Numbered from the stretch's first letter, positions 53,357 through 64,000 are shown. The stretch is 64,000 nucleotides of DNA from Geosiphon pyriformis uo1 (GCA_016748015.1 JAAOMT010000328.1:760955-824954); one strand, 5' to 3'. Notes: generated by a model from the sequence alone, not told the origin. A program made the numbers and translations.

Positions 53357-53973
53357 TGTCAAGGGAAACGTTTTCTATCCAGGCCTGGAGTCACTAACAG
53401 TTTACTGAAATTGGTAGCTAATCAATTTTGAAATGTTAGTTGGGTTTTGGGGATTTTCCAAGTACAATAATTAAAGAATTTGGTTTTTCAAATTATTTGA
53501 TATTTATTTCTTTTTGTGTGTATAGGAACAGTTTTAAGAGATAAATCTAAAGTAAGATACATTTTCTCGAAGAGAAAAGCTCTTCTTTTATACAACTTGT
53601 CGTAACACTATTCTATGAACTTGAACTTTGCTATTTTCTACAATTTTGCTGAACTAAAGATACATTTCGGCAAACTACAAATTATTTCTGCGAACTATTA
53701 GATATTTCGGTGAACTATCAATTATTTCGGTGAATTTCTATAAATTTCGGCGAACTTTTGAATGTTACATAGTTCAGGGTATTGCATGATTGATCATCGC
53801 AATTAGGTTACATTTGTGTTGTGTACAATTTGGGTTATTAATTAAATGATAATTTCGGATATTCTTTGCTAATGTAATAAGTGATAATTTGAAACAATAA
53901 TATATGCTAATTAATGATAGGAATTATGAGATAGTTTTATGCTAAATGATATCTCTAATTTCGTCTGGTAACA
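53357..53973 (-). repeat. 3' LTR (617 bp)
   Basis: TGTCAAG...GGTAACA on the + strand; ~96% identical to 62232-62761 over the shared part. Confidence 0.93.
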
Positions 53974-54661
53974 TAACCTCCTTCTCAAGACTGAGCTTCA
54001 TCGAAGTCCAAGTACTGTCTGTTATTTCCAGATAATAATCCAAAATTATTGAAGAAATTTGGTCTGAAAATTGTTGAAATTTCAGTTTTGTGAGCTTTCC
54101 AATGTATTGAATCTTCAAAGGTTGAAAAATTGGGTTTTGTAGTACGTTTTCACAAGTGTGGAATAGATCATAAAGTCTAAGAGCAGCTCTAAGCCTATAG
54201 TGACTGTTTGTTAATCCAGCTGTTGTCTTGAATTCGTTGTGGAGTTGTTTCTGAATAGCTTCTTTTGTGAGGTTTGCTGTTGTAAGTTCCAGTTTCTGTT
54301 CGTAGAGTGTTTTTCCAATGTGAAAATATCTATAGATTGGAAGATATTCAGTGTTTTCCTCATTGAGACACAGTTGAAGTTTTTGTTGACTTGTAGTATT
54401 TAGTGGGATACTAATCGGAGTGAGCATTAGGTTTTCTTTTAAAGCAAGCTTTAAAAGTTCTGGCAGGTGAATTCCAGTATAACTTCTTGTGTTCTTTTTA
54501 TATGGGTGATATTTTCGTGAATTTGGGGCTAAATTTATAACTACTTCTGTTTGGGTATAATTTATGTGGTTTCCAGTAACAGTAATGGATAATTCGGGTA
54601 TTGTTTTTAAAGCTAACATTAGTTTTTGGGATAATTGTTGAATGTTTTGAGGAATAGTCAT
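53942..54661 (-). CDS. Gypsy accessory ORF3 (~239 aa, no obvious TM segment, unknown function)
   Basis: Uninterrupted ORF after integrase; runs through the PPT and ends 32 nt inside the 3' LTR. Confidence 0.7.
   Translation of the reverse strand: MTIPQNIQQLSQKLMLALKTIPELSITVTGNHINYTQTEVVINLAPNSRKYHPYKKNTRSYTGIHLPELLKLALKENLMLTPISIPLNTTSQQKLQLCLNEENTEYLPIYRYFHIGKTLYEQKLELTTANLTKEAIQKQLHNEFKTTAGLTNSHYRLRAALRLYDLFHTCENVLQNPIFQPLKIQYIGKLTKLKFQQFSDQISSIILDYYLEITDSTWTSMKLSLEKEVMLPDEIRDII
53974..53986 (-). promoter_or_regulatory. Polypurine tract
   Basis: GAGAAGGAGGTTA on the minus strand immediately before the 3' LTR TGT. Confidence 0.85.
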
Positions 54662-54775
54662 TATAAGCACTTGAAAAAATAAAAATTTATTTTTGGTTTA
54701 TGGGTTTTTATGTTATTTTTGTTTTGTTTTTGTGAGATTGTTCTAAATTATAAGAGAATAACTAGTAAAATTAAA

Positions 54776-57700
54776 TTAAGTGTTCAGGTTGGAAGGTTGT
54801 TCAATGACAACTATTGGTTCTAAGTTTCGGGGAATATCTTCAGGACTGATCAAAGAGGAATGTGTACCAATTTGTGGAATTAATGGTTCAGGATTGTTTC
54901 TGGAATGATAGTGTTTCAAACAATCTCCATGTGCAACTTTTGCTAGGATTTTGTCATCAAGTCTTAGCTTGTATGATCCATTGCCTAGAACTTTATGAAT
55001 AAAGAATGATCTATCCCATTTATTTTCAAATTTTCCACTCCATTGTTTTTCAGCTTTAGTTCTGTGTAAGAGAACTTTGTTTCCAATTTTGAATTTATTG
55101 GTGACTAAAGGCAATTTGTCATCATGCCGTTTTTTTTGTTGAGCTTGAGAGTGTTCAATATGGGTGGTTGCTATTTGTCGTTTTCCTTCCAATATGCTAA
55201 GCAGAGTGTAGACTCTTCGCTGAAGCATTTCTTGAAAATTGTTTTCATCGATCGGTTGTGCTGGGTATGTTTCCACTGTGAAACTAATTGGTAATGTTGC
55301 CATCCTTCCATAAGTTAAATCAAATGGTGTGTGTTTCGTGGTATCTTGTTTTAATGTCCTATATGCTAGTAATACTGATGAAATAAAGAGATCCTATTCT
55401 TGCCCAAAATCGGTTGAGACTTTGGCTAATGAATCACACAATGTTCTGTTAAAACGTTCCACAAGTTCATTTGTTTGTGGATGGTAGGGCGAAGACAGAG
55501 GTCTTTTGACACTGAATCGTTCACAAATTTTTTGTATCAGGTTGTTTACAAAGTGTGTTCCCTGATCAGATAAAAGTTCAATTGGACATCCATGTCTATA
55601 AATGATGTCTTCGTAGATGAAATTTGCTACTGATTTTGCATCTGCTTGTTGAATGGCTCTGGCTTCAGGCCATTTAGTAAAATAGTCTACAGCTACTGCA
55701 ATATAATGGTTTCCTTGAGTGGTGATAGATAGTGGTCTGACTAAATCGATACCAACTTTGTCAAAAGGCTGTCCAACTTTGATTGGATTTAAAGGTTCCA
55801 TAGAGCGAATTCCTCCTCTTCTTTGACAACTATCACAAGATTCGACATATTTATGAATGTCTTTTCTCATTCGAGGCCAAAAGTAGTATTCTAGTGTTCT
55901 TTGGGGGGTGCTATCTTTTCCGAAGTGTGCTGATGAAGGATCTGAGTGCATATTGTATAAAATGGTCTCTTTTTCCTGTTTTTGTATTAATCTGAGTGGT
56001 TTGGTTGGGTTTTTGAAATTTCGATGATAGATAATGTTGTTGTGTAGAAAATATTGTTTGGCTTGTTGTTGTAACTGATGTTTTTCGTCTGGGGACCAAT
56101 CTGTTGGGATTGTTAATGTCTCCAAATATTGTTTGAAATTGTTGTAGTTTTCAGGATTCATTGTTTGTTGTTTTGATGCTGTTAATTCAAATGGGTGTTG
56201 GTTTTGTTTTCTAATCTTGCCTCATTCTTGAGAGACAATCAACGTTGGTGTGGAGTTTTCCTGGTTTGTGGTATACAATGTATTGATAATTAGCTAAAAA
56301 TCCTGTTCATTGGGTTTGTTTTGCGTTCAGCTGGGTGTTTTTGTTTTGAAGCCATTTAAGTCCAATATTATCAGTGATAATATCAAATTCTTTGGGTCTA
56401 AGGTAAAGGTTGAAGTGATGTAGGGCCCAAATTACTGCTGTGGTTTCTAATTCTGTTGCGGAGTAGTTCTTTTTGGCTGGCTTTAATGTTCTACTAGCAT
56501 AAGCAATTACTCGCTCATTTCTATTGTCATCTAACTGTAATAAGATGGCACCAAAGGCAGTATAAGAGGTGTCAGTTGCTAACCAGAATTGGTTGCTGAA
56601 ATCTGGGTAGGCAAAAATTGGAGCTGTTGTGAGTTTTTCTTTAAGTATCTCGAAGGCATTTTGGTGTTCTTCTGTCCATTTGTATTCGACATTTTTAGTA
56701 GTAAGCTGGTTGAGGGGTTTTGCAATTTCTAAAAATCTTTTGATAAATTTTCGGTAATAGGATGATAATCTAATAAATTCTCTTAATTCTGTGGTATTTT
56801 GTGAAGTCTTGAAGTTCTTGACAGTACTGATTTTTCTGGGGTCTGGTTTAATTCCATCTTTGCTAACAATGTGACCAAGAAAAGTTAAACTTGTTTTTCC
56901 AAAGTAGCATTTTTCAATGTTCAGTTTCAATCCTGCTTTCCATAATCATTGAAAAACTTCTTGCAGGTGGATTAAATGTAGCTTGAAAGATGATGAATAA
57001 ACATCAGTGTCATTGAGATAAACTACTACTGATTTCCAAAGGAGGCCTTTGTAAACAACATCCATGAGTCTTTGGAATGTTGCTGGTGCATTGCATAATC
57101 CAAAAGGCATTACATTGAATTCGTAATTTCCTCCTTGAGTGGTGAATGCTGTTTTGGGGCGGTCTTTGAGATCCATAGCAACTTGCCAGTATCCACTCTC
57201 CAAATCTAATGTTGAAAAGTATTTGGACTTTCCAAGGGCATCTAACATGTCATTAATTCGGGGAAGAGAGTAGGCATCCCCAATGGTGACACTGTTGAGT
57301 TGTTGGTAATCAACACAAAATTGTATCTTTCCATTTTTCTTTTTAACTAGGACCACAGGTGAGGCCCATGGGCTCATTGATGGTTGAATAAGCCCATTGT
57401 TAAGCATCCGTTGTACTTCTTCTCGGATAAATTGGTGACTTTCTGGGGCAACTCGGTAGGCTTGTTGTTACCTTGGTTTGGCATCTCCTGTATAGATTTG
57501 GTGTTGAACCAAATCAGTTTTTCCTAAGTCATTGTTGTTTTTGGTGAAGATGTCAGCAAATTCTGCAATTAGCTCTTTGAGCTGGGTCTGTTGTTGTGGT
57601 TCAAGTTGTCCTATGTTGATTCGAGATAGTTTTTCCATGACAACATGGTAGTTTTCAGAGCTGGGGTTTGGATTGGTTTTTGGTATTGAATGTCCAATAA

Positions 57701-60700
57701 TTTCAGAGAAATCGGGAACTATTTGGGGTAATTCTTGTTGAAATATATTACTGTGAATAACTCCAATTTTTAAATTATTTAATAAAATTATGAGGTAATT
57801 ATTGGGGTTGTAAAAAGTAACTCGGACTTTCTTTGTTCCTTCTGGAATATAAATGTTTGGGATTGAAATATTATGTTCCAAGCAGACTTGTTCATTGGAC
57901 TCAAAAATTTATTGTGTGGTTGTTGACTTTGGGCAGGTGTAGATTTCCGGATGTTCTCCAAAGGGTGAGATAGTAATCAGTTGTGGAAGTCTGAGAATCT
58001 GGTGGGATTCGTTCTGTGTGTTAAGAGCTATATTAACTGGAACTGTGAATCGTCCAGTTGAACCAAAACCTTGGGTTTCTCTATTGTTTTTTCCTAATTG
58101 TTTTCTTTGATTGACTAGTTGCAAACCCAAAATGTTGATTAAGAGTAGGTAAATAGCTTGGGCAATTTTTTCAGCATGTTCAATCTTGAATGGTTTGTCA
58201 GTTTCATTTTGAAGCATCACTGTTATGTCTCCAGTATATTCAGCATCNNNNNNNNNNNNNNNNNNNNGTCTGAGAATCTGGTGGGATTCGTTCTGTGTGT
58301 TAAGAGCTATATTAACTGGAACTGTGAATCGTCCAGTTGAACCAAAACCTTGGGTTTCTCTATTGTTTTTTCCTAATTGTTTTCTTTGATTGACTAGTTG
58401 CAAACCCAAAATGTTGATTAAGAGTAGGTAAATAGCTTGGGCAATTTTTTCAGCATGTTCAATCTTGAATGGTTTGTCAGTTTCATTTTGAAGCATCACT
58501 GTTATGTCTCCAGTATATTCAGCATCAATTATTCCTCCTCTGACATTGATTCCTTTGCTTGCCAGAGAGGACCGGGAGGCGATTTGAACCATTGCTCCTG
58601 ATGGGATTTTGAGTGCAATTTTGAGGTTGATTTTTGTAAGAGATTTGGGTTTGAGAACAAGAGTATCCTTGCCTGGATATTTTAGGTCATATCCAGCATC
58701 AATTTCGTGTGCTTTTTCAGGTTTTATTCCTTGTCTGTTGTTGTTAAGGTATTTAAGTTGTAAAACAGACTGATTTTTGATAAGGTAGATGGGTGTTGTT
58801 TCAATTTCTTCCGTTTCTTCAGGTTCTCTGAATTCAATTTGATTCTCATCATTTTCACTGGGCAAGAGGATACTAAGAGCATAATATTCAGGACACCATT
58901 GTTTATCGCAAGGCATAATGCATTCTTCACATAGCCTAATGTTCATTTGCTCTAATTGTTGAATTTGAGCTTCTTGGATTGGGTAGGTGTGACTTGCAAT
59001 TTGGTAGTAGACTTCTACTTCATCTTCGTAATCGAATCCAGCTAATTTTATAGTGTATTCAATGTATTCTGCTTCTTTTATTTGATGAACATCTTCTTTG
59101 GTAATTCCATTAATTAATGTCATTGCTAAGTCAAAAATCATCTCGGCATCATGAGAGTAGTGATAAAGTTTGTTGAGAGCACTATTGTATACTGCATTAA
59201 AGGGTGTTCCTCTTTTTACTTTTTCTGAAATTGATAAAGCATATTGGCAGGTCTGATCGCAGATGCCTCCTCTCATTGCTACATCAATTCAATTGCATTC
59301 TTTTGGTAGCATCTCTTCACAAGTCAAACAAGGAGTGTTGTCCCATTTTTCGCTCCTTTTTATTAGATGGCCCCATTGCTCTCTGTGGCAAGCCTTGCAG
59401 TAATAACAAGTATGATTCTCATATTCTTCTTCAGGTGAAATGCAAGCTCCCATTGATGATAGTTTCTTGTGACAGTCCTTACATTTAAGGGGAATATAGG
59501 GGCGTTGTTTCTTTGGTTCGGGTTTTGAGTAAAGTATATTCTATCCAGAGGTTTCGGGTTTAGTGTGTGGGGTGAAATGTTCTTGTTCTGTTTCATTGGC
59601 CCAGTTGGATACTGATCCAAGAGCCATGAATGTTTCGATTATTGGTTTTTTTTCTTCCGGTTCAAATTCAAAAGCTGGGGCTTTTTCAGAGCATTTGTTG
59701 AATGTACCACAAATGGCAGATACCTGGGCGTGTTGTCCTTGGTAGGAGATTGTTAACTCTTGTGTTTCCCAATTCAGATTAGCATTGGCTTCTTGAAGCC
59801 AATCATTTCCGATGAGAGCTTGATACTGGGGTGCATTTATTACAAGAACTTTGACTGAAATGGTGATTCCATCAAGAGTGAATAGAAAATTGTCAATTTC
59901 TCCTACTGGGGTCTTTTTCATGCCATCAGCAGTGATGATTACTGTTTGAGCTGGTCAGTCGACATTTCTTTTCAACTGTTGCATTAACTAGTAGGTAATA
60001 ATGCTTCTGGCGGATCCACTGTCTAGGATTAAGCGAATTGGCTTTCCTTCTACTTCAGCTTCTGTGTACATTGCAGTGATGGTTTTTTGCTCATTAGCCA
60101 CTGTATTGCTAAGCAAGAATGGTGATTCATTTGTTTCAAATTCAAAAGGAAAGATATCAGAGAGATTGGCGTTTTCAGCAATTTGGGCTAGTGGAATAGT
60201 AGTGTGGTTATGAGAAGGGTTTCGTTGTTGTTGTGCTGTAGCTTTACCTTCTGAAAGTGCAGTATAGTAAAAATTCTGTTCTTCCGGCATTGTTAAATAA
60301 CTGGGTTGAGTGTGGTAATGGTTGGGTCTTGTTTGAGTGGTATTTCGGGGAACCAATTGGTTGTTCGAACTGATTCTACTGTTGTTTACTTGGTATCGGT
60401 TTTGTGGTGTAATTTAATTTTGTGTAATCAGTCTTCAAGCAGGTACTTGATAATGTTGGGTGGGTGGTTGTTGGTATTGCTGTTGGATTGGTTGTGGGGC
60501 AGGCTGATAATAGTTATTTTGGTATTGGGGTCTTGGTGGATAGTAAGCTGGTGGTGATGGTTGATAATAAGATTGCTGTGGTGAAGAATAACGTTGATTA
60601 CTCCTATTTTGTTGGTCTCGTTGCAGCTTTCTGCAATCTCTTTTCCAGTGGCCAGAGATTCCACAGTAATGGCAATTCTGGGGCTGGTTATTGGAAAGTA

Positions 60701-61928
60701 GTACAAAGTTATTTTGATTTCGTCTTTGGGGTGGTTGATATCTTTGGGGTTGTTGTTATTGTTGGTTGGTAAAATAGTTTTCGACTTTCTTTGTGAGTTG
60801 GTCAATTTTTTCCTCAGCTGCTGAGCTGGTTTCTCCAATTGCCAAATTTACAAGTTTTGTTTAATTGGTTTTTTCCATGGCCATTTCATATCTTTTCGCA
60901 TGCTGTATGGCAGAGTTTAAATCTTCTGGTGCGTGTAGGCAAACCTTTTTAATTAGTTTATCTTTTAGACCAGCAATAAATTGATCCAAGATTTGAGCAT
61001 CAGAATAATAATTGTTTGTCTCGAGTTGGCGAATCCGTCTGAGAAGTTTGTTGAATTTCTCAATATAAGTCATAATAGATTTGGAGGGTTCTTGTTTGAT
61101 ATTTCGAAAACGATTGCGAAGAGTGATGGAGGTATTATTGTCGGTGAACTGTTCAAGGAAAGCTGCTTTGAAAGCATTCCAATCATTGAATGGGGTGGCA
61201 AAGTTTTCAAACCATTCTCCTGCTGTTCCTTTGAGAAAGTAGGGTATTGTTCTTAACATTCTGGCAGCATTCCATCCATTTGCATCTCCAGCTTTAGTAA
61301 CTTGGTTGAGCCATTCTTGGGGACTGGTCTCAATATCTTCTCCATTGAATTCAGGGATTTTTGCAATGTATGTTGTCATTTTGTCTTCTTCATTTTCACT
61401 GTCTATTGATTCTTCTTCAGTTATTTCAGAGTTGTTTTCTTTGTTTGCTGCTGTTTCAGAGTGTTCACTTTGATTTTCAGCTAGAAAATCAAGGAGATTG
61501 GAACTAGTTTGAAGGGGTTCTTGTTGTCTGGTAGAACTTCTGAGTGATGTAAAATCTTTTGGTCTTGCAAATCGATTCAAGGGTGAATTAGGTGTTTGTG
61601 CTTGTGCAAGTGAAGCTAGAAAAGGTGTGATAGTAAGTGGAAGTTTTAAACTGGTTCTCTGTTCAGGTTTTTGTAAATGTTTGGCAGTTGTTTTCGGTAG
61701 TATTGGAGTATTTGGGGTGGTTCTTGAATATTGCTTTAATTTGTTTTTGCCTTTGTTGCTTGTTTCTGTTTCCAATTCAAAATCAATAGTGTATTGAGAC
61801 TGCACTGGATATGTTTCTTTACAGTACTTGATAATGTTAAAATTAAGTTTGTGAAAGTAAGTGGCAAGTGTTTCACTATTAAGGTCTTCAGTTCCCAACT
61901 GTGAATAGTGTGCTAAATTATTGTAAAG
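54776..61928 (-). pseudogene. Gypsy gag-pol polyprotein, interrupted; 5' end lies in the N gap
   Basis: Gag (IPEFNGE..EWL..LKGTAGEWF), knuckle CHYCGISGHWKRDC, protease LDSG, dUTPase, RT (SPWASPVV, VMPFGL, YLND), RNase H (TDTS, YSATELE), integrase (H..H..CDSC, VDYFTKW, SDQG, YHPQTN). Gag to RNase H share one frame; frameshift near 56.2 kb. Confidence 0.93.
58330..58740 (-). other. Trimeric dUTPase domain within Pol
   Basis: All five motifs: AGYDL, ASRSS, GGIIDAEYTG, EKIAQ, R.TQGFGSTG. Confidence 0.93.
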
Positions 61929-62231
61929 NNNNNNNNNNNNNNNNNNNNNNNNNNNNNNNNNNNNNNNNNNNNNNNNNNNNNNNNNNNNNNNNNNNNNNNN
62001 NNNNNNNNNNNNNNNNNNNNNNNNNNNNNNNNNNNNNNNNNNNNNNNNNNNNNNNNNNNNNNNNNNNNNNNNNNNNNNNNNNNNNNNNNNNNNNNNNNNN
62101 NNNNNNNNNNNNNNNNNNNNNNNNNNNNNNNNNNNNNNNNNNNNNNNNNNNNNNNNNNNNNNNNNNNNNNNNNNNNNNNNNNNNNNNNNNNNNNNNNNNN
62201 NNNNNNNNNNNNNNNNNNNNNNNNNNNNNNN

Positions 62232-62761
62232 GTTTTGGGGATTTTCCAAGTACAATAATTAAAGAATTTGGTTTTTCAAATTATTTGATATTTATTTCTT
62301 TTTGTGTGTATAGGAACGGTTTTAAGAGATAAATCTAAAGTAAGATACATTTTCTCGAAGAGAGAAGCTCTTCTTTTATACAACTTGTCATAACACTATT
62401 CTATGAACTTAAACTTTGCTATTTTCTACAATTTTGCTGAACTAAAGATATATTTCAGTGAACTACAAGTTATTTCTGTGAACTATTAGATATTTCGGTG
62501 AACTATCAATTATTTCGGTGAATTTCTATAAATTTCGGCAAACTTTTGAATGTTACATAGTTCGGGGTATTGCATGATTGATCATCACAATTAGGTTATA
62601 TTTGTGTTGTGTACAATTTGGGTTATTAATTAAATGATAATTTCAGACATTCTTTGCTAATGTAATAAGTGATAATTTGAAACAATAATATATGCTAATT
62701 AATGATAGGAATTATGAGATAGTTTCATGCTAAATAATATCTCTAATTTCATTTGGAAACA
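62232..62761 (-). repeat. 5' LTR (inner ~87 bp and the PBS hidden in the N gap)
   Basis: Direct repeat of 53444-53973; ends GGAAACA. Confidence 0.93.
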
Positions 62762-62829
62762 GCATTTAGTTTGAGTCTCTTAGTTTGGCTCTATGTACTA
62801 GATAACGATTGGACTATACTTGTTAAATG

Positions 62830-63132
62830 TGTTAATAATAATTATCAATTATAAATTAAAATATAAAAACTTAAAATAATTATTATTTATGTTTTTACTA
62901 TATATAACTAGTTATTTAATTTAGTAAAAACCAAATTAAATTGAATTTATAGAAAAAAACCTATTTTAAACAAATATTTTTTACATAAAAACAACTAATA
63001 AACTACTGTTTTTATTAAATTATTTAATTATATAACAGTTTTATCTATATAAAACTTGATATTAAATAGTTAAAGTTTTTATAAAATTATTATTTAAACA
63101 TATATTTTATATTAATAATAATATTTATAATA

Positions 63133-63167
<35 letters not shown>

Positions 63168-64000
63168 ATTAAACTTTAAATTAAGCTTTGTAATTTTTAA
63201 ATTTAAATTTGCCAATACTATTTAATTTAGTTTAAAAACCAAAATACAAATCTCTTATTTTTATAATTAAAACAAAAAAAACATTAAATAATTTAATTAC
63301 CAATTAAATCAAAACACCAAAAAACTTAACAATAAATTTAATTAATAAAACCAAATTAATTATATTAAAATTTAAAAAAACCAAACAAAAACCAATTATA
63401 AAATTAACAACAATAACAACAAAAAAAGCAGCTAGTAAAACAACAATATAAATTATAAAAGCAAAAACCTTAATATAAAACTTAATACTAATAAAAAAAG
63501 AATTAAAAATTTTAAATCTAATAGTAAACTTAAAAAAAACTTAAAAAAAAGATAATAATATTAAATAATCTATAACCAAATAATTTAAACTTTAATACTT
63601 AAAACAATATTAATATTTAAGAGTTTTTTATTAAATACAATACTTTTTTAAAATATTAATTTTGATAATAATAGTATTTAAATTTTTTTTAAGACCAAAA
63701 ATAATATATAAAAATTATAATTATTATATAAAATTAAGAAATAGAAAATAAAATTATTATATAATTGGTTAATTTAAATTTTAATAATATTAAAATAATT
63801 AAAATTGTTTAAAAAATAGTTTTTTGATAAGTTTGTTTTTGTAATTTCAAAATAATTTAGCTTAAATTAAATTTGTGTTTAATTATATATAAAAAATACA
63901 TGAATTATATTTAATTTAAAACTTATTTAATAATTATATTATATTAAATAGTAGTTAAACTTTATATATTAATATAATAATAATAATAATAATAATAATA
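62830..64000. repeat. Extremely AT-rich eroded repeat relic with TAA/TAT microsatellites
   Basis: No ORFs; 63850-63970 aligns by eye to 45060-45160 + 45831-45860. Confidence 0.65.

Larger units (their letters stand above)
53357..62761 (-). mobile_element. Ty3/Gypsy LTR retrotransposon (~9.4 kb) with dUTPase and an extra ORF
   Basis: Paired LTRs with TGT..ACA termini, PPT, gag-PR-dUTPase-RT-RH-INT order; flanks GAATTT / GCATTT (possible 6-bp TSD with one mismatch). Confidence 0.95.

Noticed and set aside
53645-53760. CRISPR-like repeat/spacer appearance
   Set aside because: Units are only 20 bp, lie inside an LTR in a eukaryotic context, and no cas genes are present.
57989-58526. Apparent tandem duplication of the dUTPase C-terminal half
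   Set aside because: The two 259-bp copies look identical and flank a 20-N gap; typical unmerged contig overlap (assembly artefact).
60861-62332. ORFs spanning the long N gap
   Set aside because: The X-runs join LTR and gag sequence artificially; the gag start and PBS are not visible.
62762-62830. Possible tRNA or Pol III gene remnant next to the 5' LTR (Ty3-style target)
   Set aside because: Only a vague GTTTGAGTC box; no cloverleaf can be built by eye. tRNAscan-SE or Infernal would settle it.

Overview
Eukaryotic, intron-rich, AT-rich fungal DNA. Gene content, intron style, a tyrosine-kinase-like relic and the retroelements suggest an early-diverging Mucoromycota/Glomeromycotina fungus (inference). 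1-41.1 kb is a compact block of mostly housekeeping genes: RanBP1, 2OG-Fe(II) oxygenase, TAF9, COX15, GEMIN6, beta-tubulin, UPF0390, CTR9, a Slo/KCNT-like RCK channel with a non-canonical filter, mitochondrial IleRS, the TFIIIC large subunit, TMEM42-like, and an intronless 10-repeat Myb/SANT protein with a mitochondrial-type N-terminus. 41.3-64 kb is a layered transposon island. It holds extremely AT-eroded relics, a solo LTR, a near-full-length LINE (APE-RT-RNase H) and, directly behind the LINE A-rich tail and tail-to-tail with it, a Ty3/Gypsy element. The Gypsy carries a Cys-rich insert, a dUTPase, an intact extra ORF3 running into the 3' LTR, and a 20-bp-phased palindrome array in its LTR. 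Main observations: (1) the LINE-tail/Gypsy-LTR junction occurs twice with diverged elements, suggesting targeted insertion; (2) the repeats show near-pure C>T/G>A mutation that also hits non-CpG sites (RIP-like); (3) the Gypsy has an unusual accessory module; (4) the LINE 3' UTR has a conserved tandem double hairpin. All alignments and counts were done by eye; no database searches were run.
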